From the NCBI GenBank assembly GCA_964540065.1, contig CAZIKY010000004.1, positions 16,306-80,305 of the forward strand: a stretch of DNA of 64,000 nt, written 5' to 3'. This DNA is from Candidatus Woesearchaeota archaeon. Lineage in GTDB: Archaea; Nanobdellota; Nanobdellia; Pacearchaeales; JAHJTO01. Under the pieces are notes generated by a model. That model was not told the DNA's origin, ran no database searches, and saw only the letters and a program-made list of their open reading frames with translations. Positions 37,987 through 46,386 of the stretch are shown here, piece after piece. How positions within the stretch are numbered: the stretch's first letter is position 1; each line of letters begins with the position of its first letter. The translations under genes were made by a program, and so were the position numbers.

Positions 37987-39117
37987 TTAAGAATAAACTT
38001 TCTGTATCAATTTCTTGAATTCTAAGAACTTACCTTTCTTGATTGCTTCTTTGGATTGTCTTATCAGGTTCTGCAAGTAGAATAGGTTGTGGTAAGTGGC
38101 TAATCTTAAACCCACGCTTTCCTGATTTCTCAATTGGTACCTCAGATAAGCCCGGCTGTAGTTTTTGCACACGAAGCAGCCGCAGTTTTCATCTATCGGC
38201 TTTTTGTCCATTTTGTATTGGGAATTTTTAATGCGCACTTTTCCTTTTGAAGTGAAAAGTGTTCCGTGCCTTGCATTTTGTGTGGGGAATCTTGAGTCGA
38301 ACATGTCTACTCCCAAAGAGATTGCTTCAACCACCTCTTCCGGGCTTCCTACCCCCATTAAATAGACCGGTTTGTTTTCAGGAATAAATGGCTGGGTGAA
38401 CTTGACGATTTTGTATTCGCTTTCCTTTGGTTCTCCGAGGGCTAGGCCGCCTATTGAATAGCCGTCAAAATCCATCTTAACCATTTCTTTGGCGCATTTC
38501 TTTCTTAAGTCTGTGTGAAGGCCTCCCTGAATTATTCCCCACAAAAGCTGCCTTTTGGCCTTTGGAAGGCTTTTCTGCATGGCATCGTGATGTTTCTTGC
38601 ATCTTTCCGCCCAAGAAACAGTTTTTTCTACAGCTTCGGCAACCTGCGCCTTTGTCTGATTCATCAAAGGCATACTGTCAAGGCACATTGCTATGTCTGA
38701 ATTAAGGTCGAGCTGTATCTCCATGTCCTTCTCGGGAGTCAGGAAGACTTCCTGGTTGCTGCTTGGATTTTTGAAGAAAACCCCTTTTGAGTTTGATCTT
38801 TTGTAGAGTCTGTCAGAATACATCTGGAATCCTCCGGAGTCTGTGACGCTTATCCCTTTGTAATTCATGAACTTGGAAATTCCGCCCATGTTCTTTACGA
38901 GCTTTTCTCCGGGAGAAAGGTGAAGGACCAATGTATTGGAAATGATGGCCTTGGCCCCAAGGCTTTCCAAATCCTCTGTTGAAAGATACTTGACAGACAT
39001 CTTTGTAGCTACGGGCATGAAGAACGGGGTTTCTATCGTTCCGCTTTTAGTCTTTAGCAAACCTATTCTTGCCTTGGTTTTCTTATCCCTCTTCTTTACT
39101 GTAAAAGTGTATGACAT
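37987..39117 (-). CDS. tgt: tRNA-guanine transglycosylase (archaeosine TGT catalytic core)
   Basis: 376 aa with a TIM-barrel TGT pattern (TPFFMPVAT, DSGGFQ) and the zinc subdomain CGCFVCKNYSRAYLRY...H. Confidence 0.85.
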   Translation of the reverse strand: MSYTFTVKKRDKKTKARIGLLKTKSGTIETPFFMPVATKMSVKYLSTEDLESLGAKAIISNTLVLHLSPGEKLVKNMGGISKFMNYKGISVTDSGGFQMYSDRLYKRSNSKGVFFKNPSSNQEVFLTPEKDMEIQLDLNSDIAMCLDSMPLMNQTKAQVAEAVEKTVSWAERCKKHHDAMQKSLPKAKRQLLWGIIQGGLHTDLRKKCAKEMVKMDFDGYSIGGLALGEPKESEYKIVKFTQPFIPENKPVYLMGVGSPEEVVEAISLGVDMFDSRFPTQNARHGTLFTSKGKVRIKNSQYKMDKKPIDENCGCFVCKNYSRAYLRYQLRNQESVGLRLATYHNLFYLQNLIRQSKEAIKKGKFLEFKKLIQKVYS

Positions 39118-39169
39118 GCACTTTTAGTAGGGGAGATAGCTTTAAAAATTTCTTCAATGTGGCTAATTA

Positions 39170-39784
39170 ATGCATGATAAAATAAAATATGTTGAAGATG
39201 TGAAGAATAACCCTAATGTTTCACAGCTTGTCAGTAAGAGGCTGGCAGAGTTTGCTTCATTTAAGGATAAGCCAAATGAAGAATGGTTTTCGGAATTGTG
39301 TTTTTGCCTTATGACTGCAAATGCTTCTGCAAGGGGAGGGATTGCCGCCCAGAAACATGTGGGTTCTAAAGGATTCCTCGAACTCTCGCAGGAAGACCTT
39401 GCCAAAAAATTGATTGAAGCAAGGTATCGCTTTCCAAATGTCCGCTCTAAATATATTGTCGATGCGAGAAAACATGCCGATGGATTTAAGGAGAGGATTC
39501 AGTCTCTCCAGTCGCTTCAGGCCAGGGAATGGCTTGTTGAGAATATAAAAGGGCTGGGAATGAAAGAGGCCAGCCATTTCCTTAGGAACGTCGGGAGAAC
39601 CGACCTTGCCATTCTTGATAAGCACATAATCCGTGCGCTAGGGCATGAATTGAAACCATTAAAGAAAGAGAGATATGTCGAGATTGAAAAGCAACTGGTA
39701 GAAATGGGGAAAAAGACTAACACAAATATGGCTGAGCTTGATCTTTATCTTTGGTACGGGCAGACTGGAGAAATTCTGAAGTAA
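39170..39784 (+). CDS. ogg: N-glycosylase/DNA lyase, Ogg2-type 8-oxoguanine DNA glycosylase (HhH-GPD)
   Basis: 204 aa, the size of archaeal Ogg2. HhH motif IKGLGMKEASHFLRNVG followed by the catalytic DLAILDKH. Confidence 0.6.
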   Translation: MHDKIKYVEDVKNNPNVSQLVSKRLAEFASFKDKPNEEWFSELCFCLMTANASARGGIAAQKHVGSKGFLELSQEDLAKKLIEARYRFPNVRSKYIVDARKHADGFKERIQSLQSLQAREWLVENIKGLGMKEASHFLRNVGRTDLAILDKHIIRALGHELKPLKKERYVEIEKQLVEMGKKTNTNMAELDLYLWYGQTGEILK

Positions 39785-39857
39785 TCTGATCTAAGGGTAC
39801 TATCCGATACTTAGTGGTATCAGAAAAGTTTAAATAGTACTCTTTGATACCACTATT

Positions 39858-40454
39858 ATGGCTGATAAACCTAGAACATTAAAGATCTTAGTCGGCAAGA
39901 CCGTTTCAGACCTAGAAAGGGCCTATGATAAACTGCATGCCTGGTTTTATGCCTATCCATCAAAAGAGTTTTCCTTGAATGAGCTTATTGATAATTTAGG
40001 GATGTCAAAAACTACTGCCGGAGTAGTTGTTTCCCGGCTCGCCAAAGAAGGCTTTATTTCAATATCCCAGATTGGAAAAACCTGGAGGATCAAAGCAAAT
40101 CTGAATCATCCGCATTTTACTACAAAAAAGATCCCTTTTAATCTGCAGGGAGTCTATGAAAGCGGGATAATTGGATGGGTAAGGGATAACATCCCCAATG
40201 CAAGAGCAATTATTCTCTTTGGAAGCTACAGGAAAGGAGATGATATTGAAGACAGCGACTTAGACATTGCAGTGGAAGTGATAAGCAACGAGCCTATAAA
40301 GATAATATCTGGACTGACCCTTAAGAATTTGGGGTACAGGAAAAATGTTAAGGTAAATCTACATGTATTTTCAAGGAACAATATAGACCTAAATGTTTTT
40401 GCCAATATTGCAAATGGATTTGTTCTTGATGGGTTCTTGGAGGCAAGGCCATGA
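39858..40454 (+). CDS. minimal nucleotidyltransferase (MNT) domain protein with N-terminal wHTH; antitoxin-like partner of HEPN
   Basis: The NTase motif (IILFGSYRKGDDIEDSDLDIAV) matches the GS...DxD signature. The stop overlaps the downstream HEPN ORF by 4 nt (ATGA). Confidence 0.65.
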   Translation: MADKPRTLKILVGKTVSDLERAYDKLHAWFYAYPSKEFSLNELIDNLGMSKTTAGVVVSRLAKEGFISISQIGKTWRIKANLNHPHFTTKKIPFNLQGVYESGIIGWVRDNIPNARAIILFGSYRKGDDIEDSDLDIAVEVISNEPIKIISGLTLKNLGYRKNVKVNLHVFSRNNIDLNVFANIANGFVLDGFLEARP

Positions 40455-40858
40455 TGAGGCAAAGGGTTCCCGATAAAATGAAGGCCAAAAGCATGATTGA
40501 AGCGGCTGCTTTGGAATTAAATTTTATAAAAACGCTAAAAGTCTCAAAGGGATCAGGAGCAACAATAATCAGGGGAGTTTATGAAAACTTCAGGATGCTT
40601 GGAGATGCCCTCCTCCTTATTCGTGGTAAAGAGGCTTTGGGTCTTGACCATCATAGCGAGATGATAAATGAGCTTCTTACTCTATCTGTAAAGACCAAAA
40701 GGCCGATTAATGTCTTAAACAACCTTAAGTCTTTAAGGAATAGCATTAACTATCGAGGCTACATCCCAACTGCCGGAGAGGTGCAAGACTCTTTATCAAT
40801 GGCGGAAGACTGTTTTGAGCCGATATTTAAAGAGATTAAGAAAGAACTCGGAAATTAA
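40451..40858 (+). CDS. HEPN domain protein (toxin-like partner of MNT)
   Basis: 135 aa, all-alpha. It has LRNSINYRGY where the HEPN Rx4-6H motif is expected. The expected His is absent, so the HEPN call rests mainly on its position and size. Confidence 0.5.
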   Translation: MMRQRVPDKMKAKSMIEAAALELNFIKTLKVSKGSGATIIRGVYENFRMLGDALLLIRGKEALGLDHHSEMINELLTLSVKTKRPINVLNNLKSLRNSINYRGYIPTAGEVQDSLSMAEDCFEPIFKEIKKELGN

Positions 40859-40887
40859 TTCTCTTGAGTTTTGATTTTTGTTTCCTA

Positions 40888-40910
40888 GTGTGTTGAAAAT
40901 CACAACACAC
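40888..40910 (+). terminator. perfect 8-bp hairpin (GTGTGTTG-7 nt-CAACACAC) downstream of the HEPN gene
   Basis: Inverted repeat 30 nt past the stop codon, followed by a T/A-rich stretch. Terminator-like, or an operator. Confidence 0.3.
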
Positions 40911-41048
40911 AATCTGTAGCGTTTTCAAAAAATAAAAATTTCTTCACTAGCAAGTTGCTCAACAATGTTTAAATATAAATCTGCGCAGATTAATTCACGA
41001 AAAAATCCAAGAAGGCAATGGGAAGACAGAAACAAAGAGGTGATTTAA

Positions 41049-41336
41049 ATGACAGAGTACGGAAACAAGCACAGAGAAGAGTCTTGGAGAGAGGTTATTG
41101 TTACCGGAGCATTGGCTTTGGTAGCAGTTTACGGCATCGCAAGCGGAGCATTTAACCCCGGAGTTTACGGTGAAAACAGAGACAGAAGCAAACCTTCTGC
41201 AGTTGATTTCGGCGCAAGCTACGGAGTGAAGGCTTTTTCTAGCGGCTCCAGCGAAGCAAGAAATTCTGGATTTGAGCTCGGAGATTTGGTGAGCGGACTT
41301 TCAGAAGATCTGGCTAAGCTCAAAGCTTCTAGATAA
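41049..41336 (+). CDS. hypothetical small protein with one TM segment
   Basis: 95-aa ORF with a Gly/Ser-rich tail. Confidence 0.35.
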   Translation: MTEYGNKHREESWREVIVTGALALVAVYGIASGAFNPGVYGENRDRSKPSAVDFGASYGVKAFSSGSSEARNSGFELGDLVSGLSEDLAKLKASR

Positions 41337-41355
41337 TTCTAAAAGTGTGGTTGCG

Positions 41356-41373
41356 GGGAGACGAAAGTCTCCC
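41356..41373. terminator. GGGAGAC-GAAA-GTCTCCC hairpin between convergent genes
   Basis: Perfect 7-bp stem with a GNRA (GAAA) tetraloop in the 58-nt gap between the + ORF ending at 41336 and the - ORF ending at 41395. Confidence 0.3.
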
Positions 41374-41394
41374 TACTTCCCGGCTTAGATATGG

Positions 41395-41973
41395 TTACTT
41401 TAATCTTTCTTTAATTCCGCACATTTCTAAGAAATTATTGATTATCTTATCTCCGTCAGATCCTGAAACTTCTGGATGCGACTGAAAGCCATAAATCTTT
41501 TTTGACTTATGCCTTATTGCTTCATATTTGCATACGTCTGAATGAGCAATTTTCTTGAAGCCTTTAGGAAGCCTTGAAACTTCATTGACATGCTTTTCTC
41601 TAAGATAGACCTTATTGCTTAACCCTCTGAAGATCGGATCATTTTTTGAGTCGATTATCACTTTTTGCATCTTGTATTGCTTTTTGGGAAGTTTTTCTAC
41701 AAATCCTCCAAAAGCAACGGCTATTACTTCATAACCCATGCAAAAACCCAGAATTGGAGCCTTAAAATTCATCAAGATAATGAAATCATTTGAGATGCTT
41801 TTATTGTAAATTCCCAATGAACCTCCCGAAAGTATTACTCCCTTGACTCCCCTAAAAGACCCTAAGTCGAGTCTCTGCCCGGCCCTTATTACTTTGTAAG
41901 AAATTCCGTTTCTGATGAACTTTTTTTCAAGCTCTTTTATATACCTGCTTTTATTGTCTATTATTAATATCAC
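41395..41973 (-). CDS. class I glutamine amidotransferase, GMP synthase subunit A-like
   Basis: 192 aa. The catalytic Cys (LGFCMGYEV) and GFQSHPEV His motif are typical of GuaA GATase subunits. Confidence 0.75.
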   Translation of the reverse strand: MILIIDNKSRYIKELEKKFIRNGISYKVIRAGQRLDLGSFRGVKGVILSGGSLGIYNKSISNDFIILMNFKAPILGFCMGYEVIAVAFGGFVEKLPKKQYKMQKVIIDSKNDPIFRGLSNKVYLREKHVNEVSRLPKGFKKIAHSDVCKYEAIRHKSKKIYGFQSHPEVSGSDGDKIINNFLEMCGIKERLK

Positions 41974-42065
41974 TGATTAAAGAATATGCCTTTTAATTTA
42001 AACATTCCCTTTTTCCCTACAGCATTAACAAGATTTAAAAATCTACTTTTTCTTTAAAAGTTTGT

Positions 42066-42137
42066 GCCTCAATGGTGTAACGGCTAGCACGCAACCCTGT
42101 CACGGTTGTAGTCCGGGTTCGAAACCCGGTTGGGGCG
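42066..42137 (+). tRNA. tRNA-Asp (anticodon GTC)
   Basis: GCCTCAATGGTGTAACGGCTAGCACGCAACCCTGTCACGGTTGTAGTCCGGGTTCGAAACCCGGTTGGGGCG. Acceptor GCCTCAA/TTGGGGC, anticodon stem CAACC/GGTTG with loop CTGTCAC, T-arm CCGGG-TTCGAAA-CCCGG. Confidence 0.85.
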
Positions 42138-42138
42138 T
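42127..42138 (+). repeat. 12-nt tRNA-Asp 3'-end sequence (CGGTTGGGGCGT), first copy of a direct repeat
   Basis: The identical 12-mer recurs at 42899-42910, about 770 bp downstream. A possible att-site duplication. Confidence 0.4.
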
Positions 42139-42246
42139 AGTACATTTTTGCATTTTTTATGGGCGTCGAAAGTATGTCATAAACAGTCCAAGATGTTTAT
42201 ATTAAACATAGGTTATATTGAGAAATATAAATTTAAAAAAGAATAT

Positions 42247-42657
42247 TTATTCTGCTATGGATATTCCCCTAACCTTACTTTTTAGATGAGGAAATTCTCT
42301 TAATAGTCTTCTTATACTATTATGAGTCTTAGACAATCCCGGATTAATCTTTAAGGCATCAGTGTAAGATTTTAATGCGTCTTCTGGATAACCAAATCCT
42401 CCTAATATCTCCCCCATATTATTATGAGCATAAGACAATCTCGGATTAATCTTTAAGGCATCAGTGTAAGATTTTAATGCACCTTCAAAATCGCCTTCCT
42501 TATGCAAATCATATCCCTGCGAAAAAATATCTATAGCGTAGTTTAGTGATATCTGTTCTAAAGGAGAGAGTTCAATATTTTTTGGATAACCAAATGACTC
42601 AGCTGTTTCTCTGCTAATAGAATTTCTTTTATTCCCCGCATTATATATTAGTTTCAT
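42247..42657 (-). CDS. TPR repeat protein
   Basis: 136 aa with two nearly identical 34-aa TPR units (ALKSYTDALKINPRLS / ALKSYTDALKINPGLS). Confidence 0.6.
   Translation of the reverse strand: MKLIYNAGNKRNSISRETAESFGYPKNIELSPLEQISLNYAIDIFSQGYDLHKEGDFEGALKSYTDALKINPRLSYAHNNMGEILGGFGYPEDALKSYTDALKINPGLSKTHNSIRRLLREFPHLKSKVRGISIAE
42319..42480. repeat. nucleotide-level tandem duplication (two ~60-nt copies, period 102 nt) inside the TPR gene
   Basis: Copy 1 is at 42319-42378 and copy 2 at 42421-42480. They are about 93% identical and correspond to one duplicated 34-aa TPR unit. Confidence 0.6.
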
Positions 42658-42898
42658 ATAGTATAGATAATCTCCACCTATTTAAATCTTTCTATTTGTT
42701 ACTACTCTCAAGAGATTATAAAACTAGCATGAAAGACTAATTAATTTTATTATCGACAAAAATAAAAAACAATTCTATTTCACCAGAAAATTTTATCTTC
42801 TCATTCTCGACAATTCTTAAAAACTCTGAGAGTATGTAATAATTATGACGTAATAAGAGCGTTTGACGCCCTTTGATTATGCAAAAAGCTCTTCCCTT

Positions 42899-42910
42899 CG
42901 GTTGGGGCGT
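42899..42910 (+). repeat. second copy of 12-nt tRNA-Asp 3'-end direct repeat, within a hairpin-capable element
   Basis: CGGTTGGGGCGT is embedded in GACGCCC...GGGGCGT. That element can form a 6-bp stem, ACGCCC pairing with GGGCGT. Confidence 0.4.
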
Positions 42911-43101
42911 TTCTGGAACTCGAAATTAAATCCGATGCCCATTTATTAAAATGAATCTTTCGGATTTACAAAAAATAAATTTTGATGATTTCCATAAATT
43001 TACTCTTTCTTCTTCCAAAGCAATTTTTATTACTTCTTCATTCTTGGGAAGTTATAGTTTGGTGACCTTCAAAGAACCAGCTATAAAAACTTTTTTAAGT
43101 T

Positions 43102-45117
43102 ATGAATTCTTATAAACGCATGTTAAAAAAGAGGTTTATAGGTCTGATATCTGCTTTTGTTTTTCTGCTTGCAATTTCGGGATTTGCAAATGCTGCAACA
43201 TTAAACGTTAAGCATGATATTACAGTAAATATTCATGAAGATTCATCTTATGATTATGATCATGCATTTACATACAATCCCCGTGAGTATTACAAAAGCT
43301 TTTACTATTTCTTTATACCTGGTAGTTTCAATGATGTTTCTATTACTGCTGACGGAAAGCCTGTGACTATATCTGAAATTACTCCTCCACGATTTAAGGG
43401 AGGATTATTTAGCTACAAAATAATTTCTCCAAACCCCGAAAAGAGCAGTATTTCGGTAAGATTAAAAGCTACTGGAAAATTGATAGAGCTTAACGAAGAA
43501 GGCATTTACAAATTGGAAAATGTTGCTTACCCTGCAACATTTAATCCCTCAACAACAGAAGTTATAGAAATTTTTAATTATCCGAGATCCTGGGATGCGG
43601 TTGCGTACAATAGAGACATACCTTCAATAAATGCAGATAAAGGCCACAATTCGTTGGTACTTAGGTCTAGCGGCTTAAACTCTTTTGTAGGAGTCACTTT
43701 AGTTAATGAGAATGTTTCTGCTGGAATTGAAACTATTCGGAAAGGAGGAGTCACTTTAAAAGTTCAGAACCATTCAAAGCTTAAAGAAGCGGTAAGAATC
43801 GCTTCAGAGAATCTTAATTATGTAAGAAAATTAACTAACGGTGAAATCTTTATCTATGTAGATACTAGGACAGAAGAAGAGTATGGGGGGGCACTGCCTT
43901 CAGCATTTTATTCTTTAGATTCAGCAAGTGGATATATTGAAAACTCATTAAATTATGTCTCTCCGGAAGAAGCTTCTGCAACAATAATCCACGAACTAAA
44001 CCATTTCTCAAATGATGTTAATGATGCCGGGCCATTCCCCGTGTGGCTGGAAGAAGGATTGGCAGAAAATCAAGAATTAAAATATAGTTCAGACAAGTAT
44101 CCCTCTTATGCCTTCAAATCGATACCCCAGAAATGGCAATTGGAAGCATGGTATGGTGATGGAAGTTATTTTGGAGAAAGCAGACTTATAGAACTCCAAC
44201 CTATAGAAGATTACTTCCTATATGCTTTTGTTATAAGGCATTTTGAAGAGAAATATGGAAATGCCGCTTTAGAATCTGCATTATTAGAAATAAATCGTAG
44301 AATGAAAACTGAGAAGCCCGACTTTGAAGGTTTCGTTACTGAAGACTATCAAGAATTTTATGATAGGATAGCAACCGAAGTCTTTGCATCGAGAGTTGGG
44401 GGCAATAAAGAAGATTTCTTCTTCCCAGAAAAAGACCTATTCATTTCAGACCCCCATGCTTTTGAAGAGAAATTATCAAAATTTTACCGGAAGGATTGGA
44501 CTGCCAGAGAGGTTATGTTTGAATGTTTGAGTAATGGACAAGATCCCTTCGAATGTGAAGACCGAGTTTATGGGTCAAAAGCATTGATCGAATCACTCAG
44601 GCCACAGGCGTATATCGCATTCATTGAAGATTATGGCTCTACAAGCGAGGCCATAGAAGCAGGGTTTTTAGAATGGGAAAATAGCCCTGAAAAAGCAGAA
44701 TTAGATGCCGCATTAGAAGCAGAATTGGAAGAGTTTTATCAAAGCGAAATAGAGTCTACTTTCGGAATCGGGATCTTGACAGCAATACTTGCAATATTAA
44801 CATTATTTTTCCCGCATAAAGGCTATCGTAAAGAAATCAAAGAGCTAAAACAAAAAGGCATAAAACTTAAAATAAGGGCTATGATGGGAATTTTATCTTC
44901 ATTCATAGCGTGGATAATACCCTTTATGATATTATTGATGGGAACTACGGCAACATTCAGAGATGGAAGAATATTCTCTGGGATACTGATCATGCTTATA
45001 GCAGTATTTTTGACCCCAACCTTTCAAAAATATTTGAAGAAACAAGATCTTCCTGTCTCCGGTTGGGTTAGGGTAGGATTAGTTGTTCTATCCTTTGTTA
45101 TATTTATATACCTCTAA
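43102..45117 (+). CDS. secreted zinc-metallopeptidase-like protein (HExxH...E, gluzincin-type) with C-terminal TM helices
   Basis: 671 aa with a signal peptide and an HExxH...E pattern (IIHELNHFSNDVNDAGPFPVWLEEGLAE). The last ~100 aa contain 3-4 hydrophobic helices. Confidence 0.5.
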   Translation: MNSYKRMLKKRFIGLISAFVFLLAISGFANAATLNVKHDITVNIHEDSSYDYDHAFTYNPREYYKSFYYFFIPGSFNDVSITADGKPVTISEITPPRFKGGLFSYKIISPNPEKSSISVRLKATGKLIELNEEGIYKLENVAYPATFNPSTTEVIEIFNYPRSWDAVAYNRDIPSINADKGHNSLVLRSSGLNSFVGVTLVNENVSAGIETIRKGGVTLKVQNHSKLKEAVRIASENLNYVRKLTNGEIFIYVDTRTEEEYGGALPSAFYSLDSASGYIENSLNYVSPEEASATIIHELNHFSNDVNDAGPFPVWLEEGLAENQELKYSSDKYPSYAFKSIPQKWQLEAWYGDGSYFGESRLIELQPIEDYFLYAFVIRHFEEKYGNAALESALLEINRRMKTEKPDFEGFVTEDYQEFYDRIATEVFASRVGGNKEDFFFPEKDLFISDPHAFEEKLSKFYRKDWTAREVMFECLSNGQDPFECEDRVYGSKALIESLRPQAYIAFIEDYGSTSEAIEAGFLEWENSPEKAELDAALEAELEEFYQSEIESTFGIGILTAILAILTLFFPHKGYRKEIKELKQKGIKLKIRAMMGILSSFIAWIIPFMILLMGTTATFRDGRIFSGILIMLIAVFLTPTFQKYLKKQDLPVSGWVRVGLVVLSFVIFIYL

Positions 45118-45796
45118 GAAAATTCAATAAGTTATTATAATCATCAACGAGGCGATTATAGTCTTTTCTCAAGTCATTATAATCCATGACTAAATTATTA
45201 TGCTTTGTACGCAATGATTCATATTGTGATAGGAGGAGAGTATACTCTTTTTCTGCAGCTTCAAGATCCGTCTTGGCTTCGGCTTCAGTTTCTTTGACTG
45301 CTTGGAATCCTTTCTTTTCTAGTTCTAAATACTTTTCATTAAGTGAAGTATAACTCGCTTCGGCGCTTCTTAGATCTTCATTCAAGTCAGAGATAATAAA
45401 CTCTAGATCTGAAATCTCTGTTAAAAGTTCGTTTTCTGCTTGATTTGCTAATACTGCGTTTGTAATTAATGCTATGGTGAGGAGGATTATTGTAAAAGTT
45501 GGCAGAACTCTTTTCCATTTTGACCATAAAGCTTTTGATTTTGACACCAATTTAGAATTTTTTTTGAATAAAGCTCTTCTAACAAGTCTTGATCTGCATT
45601 TGGGACATTTTTTTGCAAATAAAAGTTCTTTCCAAGATTTGGCTTTAAAATCCCACTGGTGACTGCACTTCATGCATTTTAGGTGCATTCCCTTTCTCTT
45701 ATCTCTCCACCTTAATAAAAGCGCGGCGATAAATAAGTAAATTATTATCCATCCGACTGTACTTATCTCAAAAATAAATCTAGGACTTTTTTTCAT
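45104..45796 (-). CDS. membrane protein with zinc ribbon (CxxC...CxxC) and C-terminal coiled coil
   Basis: 230 aa with TM - CMKCSHQ...CPKCRS - TM, then a heptad-rich acidic region. Confidence 0.4.
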   Translation of the reverse strand: MKKSPRFIFEISTVGWIIIYLFIAALLLRWRDKRKGMHLKCMKCSHQWDFKAKSWKELLFAKKCPKCRSRLVRRALFKKNSKLVSKSKALWSKWKRVLPTFTIILLTIALITNAVLANQAENELLTEISDLEFIISDLNEDLRSAEASYTSLNEKYLELEKKGFQAVKETEAEAKTDLEAAEKEYTLLLSQYESLRTKHNNLVMDYNDLRKDYNRLVDDYNNLLNFLRGI

Positions 45797-45901
45797 TAAA
45801 ATACCCCCAAGTTTTATGCTCTTTGGAAATTAGTGAAGTATATAATATTTTCGTAAAATGAATAAGAAAAATTTAAATAAATACTCTCCCTTAAAAATTT
45901 C

Positions 45902-46345
45902 ATGAAAAAGAGGAAGAGAAATAAAAAGGTCTTGATATTGTCATCAGCGATTGTTCTAATATTAATTATTTTAGGGATCTTCCTTGCGTTAAATAGCTTC
46001 CAAGAAAAATCTTGGCAAGACTTGATTTCATTCAAGGGAACTGGAAGCATTCAAACAGATCCCTTCAAGATTGAAGGAGATAGGATAAATATGACCTTCA
46101 CAATATATTGCGGGATAGAAAAGTGCCAGAATATCGGTTTTTCGTCATCCGAATTGTGGCAGTATGAAAAAAATCTAAGTATCGCCCCTTCAGACATCGA
46201 TATCAACTATTTCCAAGACCAAGGAGAAATTTCTAAGTCAAGAATTGTAGAATTCCTTGGAGACAGAGAAGCTTGGGGGGAAAATTTTTACTTGAAAATT
46301 AGGTCCGACGTTCCTTGGGAAGTTAAAATTTCTGAGTATGCCTAG
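45902..46345 (+). CDS. small secreted protein (signal peptide), unknown
   Basis: 147 aa with an N-terminal basic plus hydrophobic signal anchor. Confidence 0.4.
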   Translation: MKKRKRNKKVLILSSAIVLILIILGIFLALNSFQEKSWQDLISFKGTGSIQTDPFKIEGDRINMTFTIYCGIEKCQNIGFSSSELWQYEKNLSIAPSDIDINYFQDQGEISKSRIVEFLGDREAWGENFYLKIRSDVPWEVKISEYA

Positions 46346-46386
46346 AATAAATCAATAACTCGATTAATATTGGCCCCAGCATAAGC

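Noticed and set aside
42127-42910. Calling a bona fide integrated mobile element with defined att sites
   Set aside because: Only a 12-nt direct repeat supports it, and no integrase, transposase or other mobility gene was seen. It is reported as a low-confidence finding instead of a mobile_element feature.
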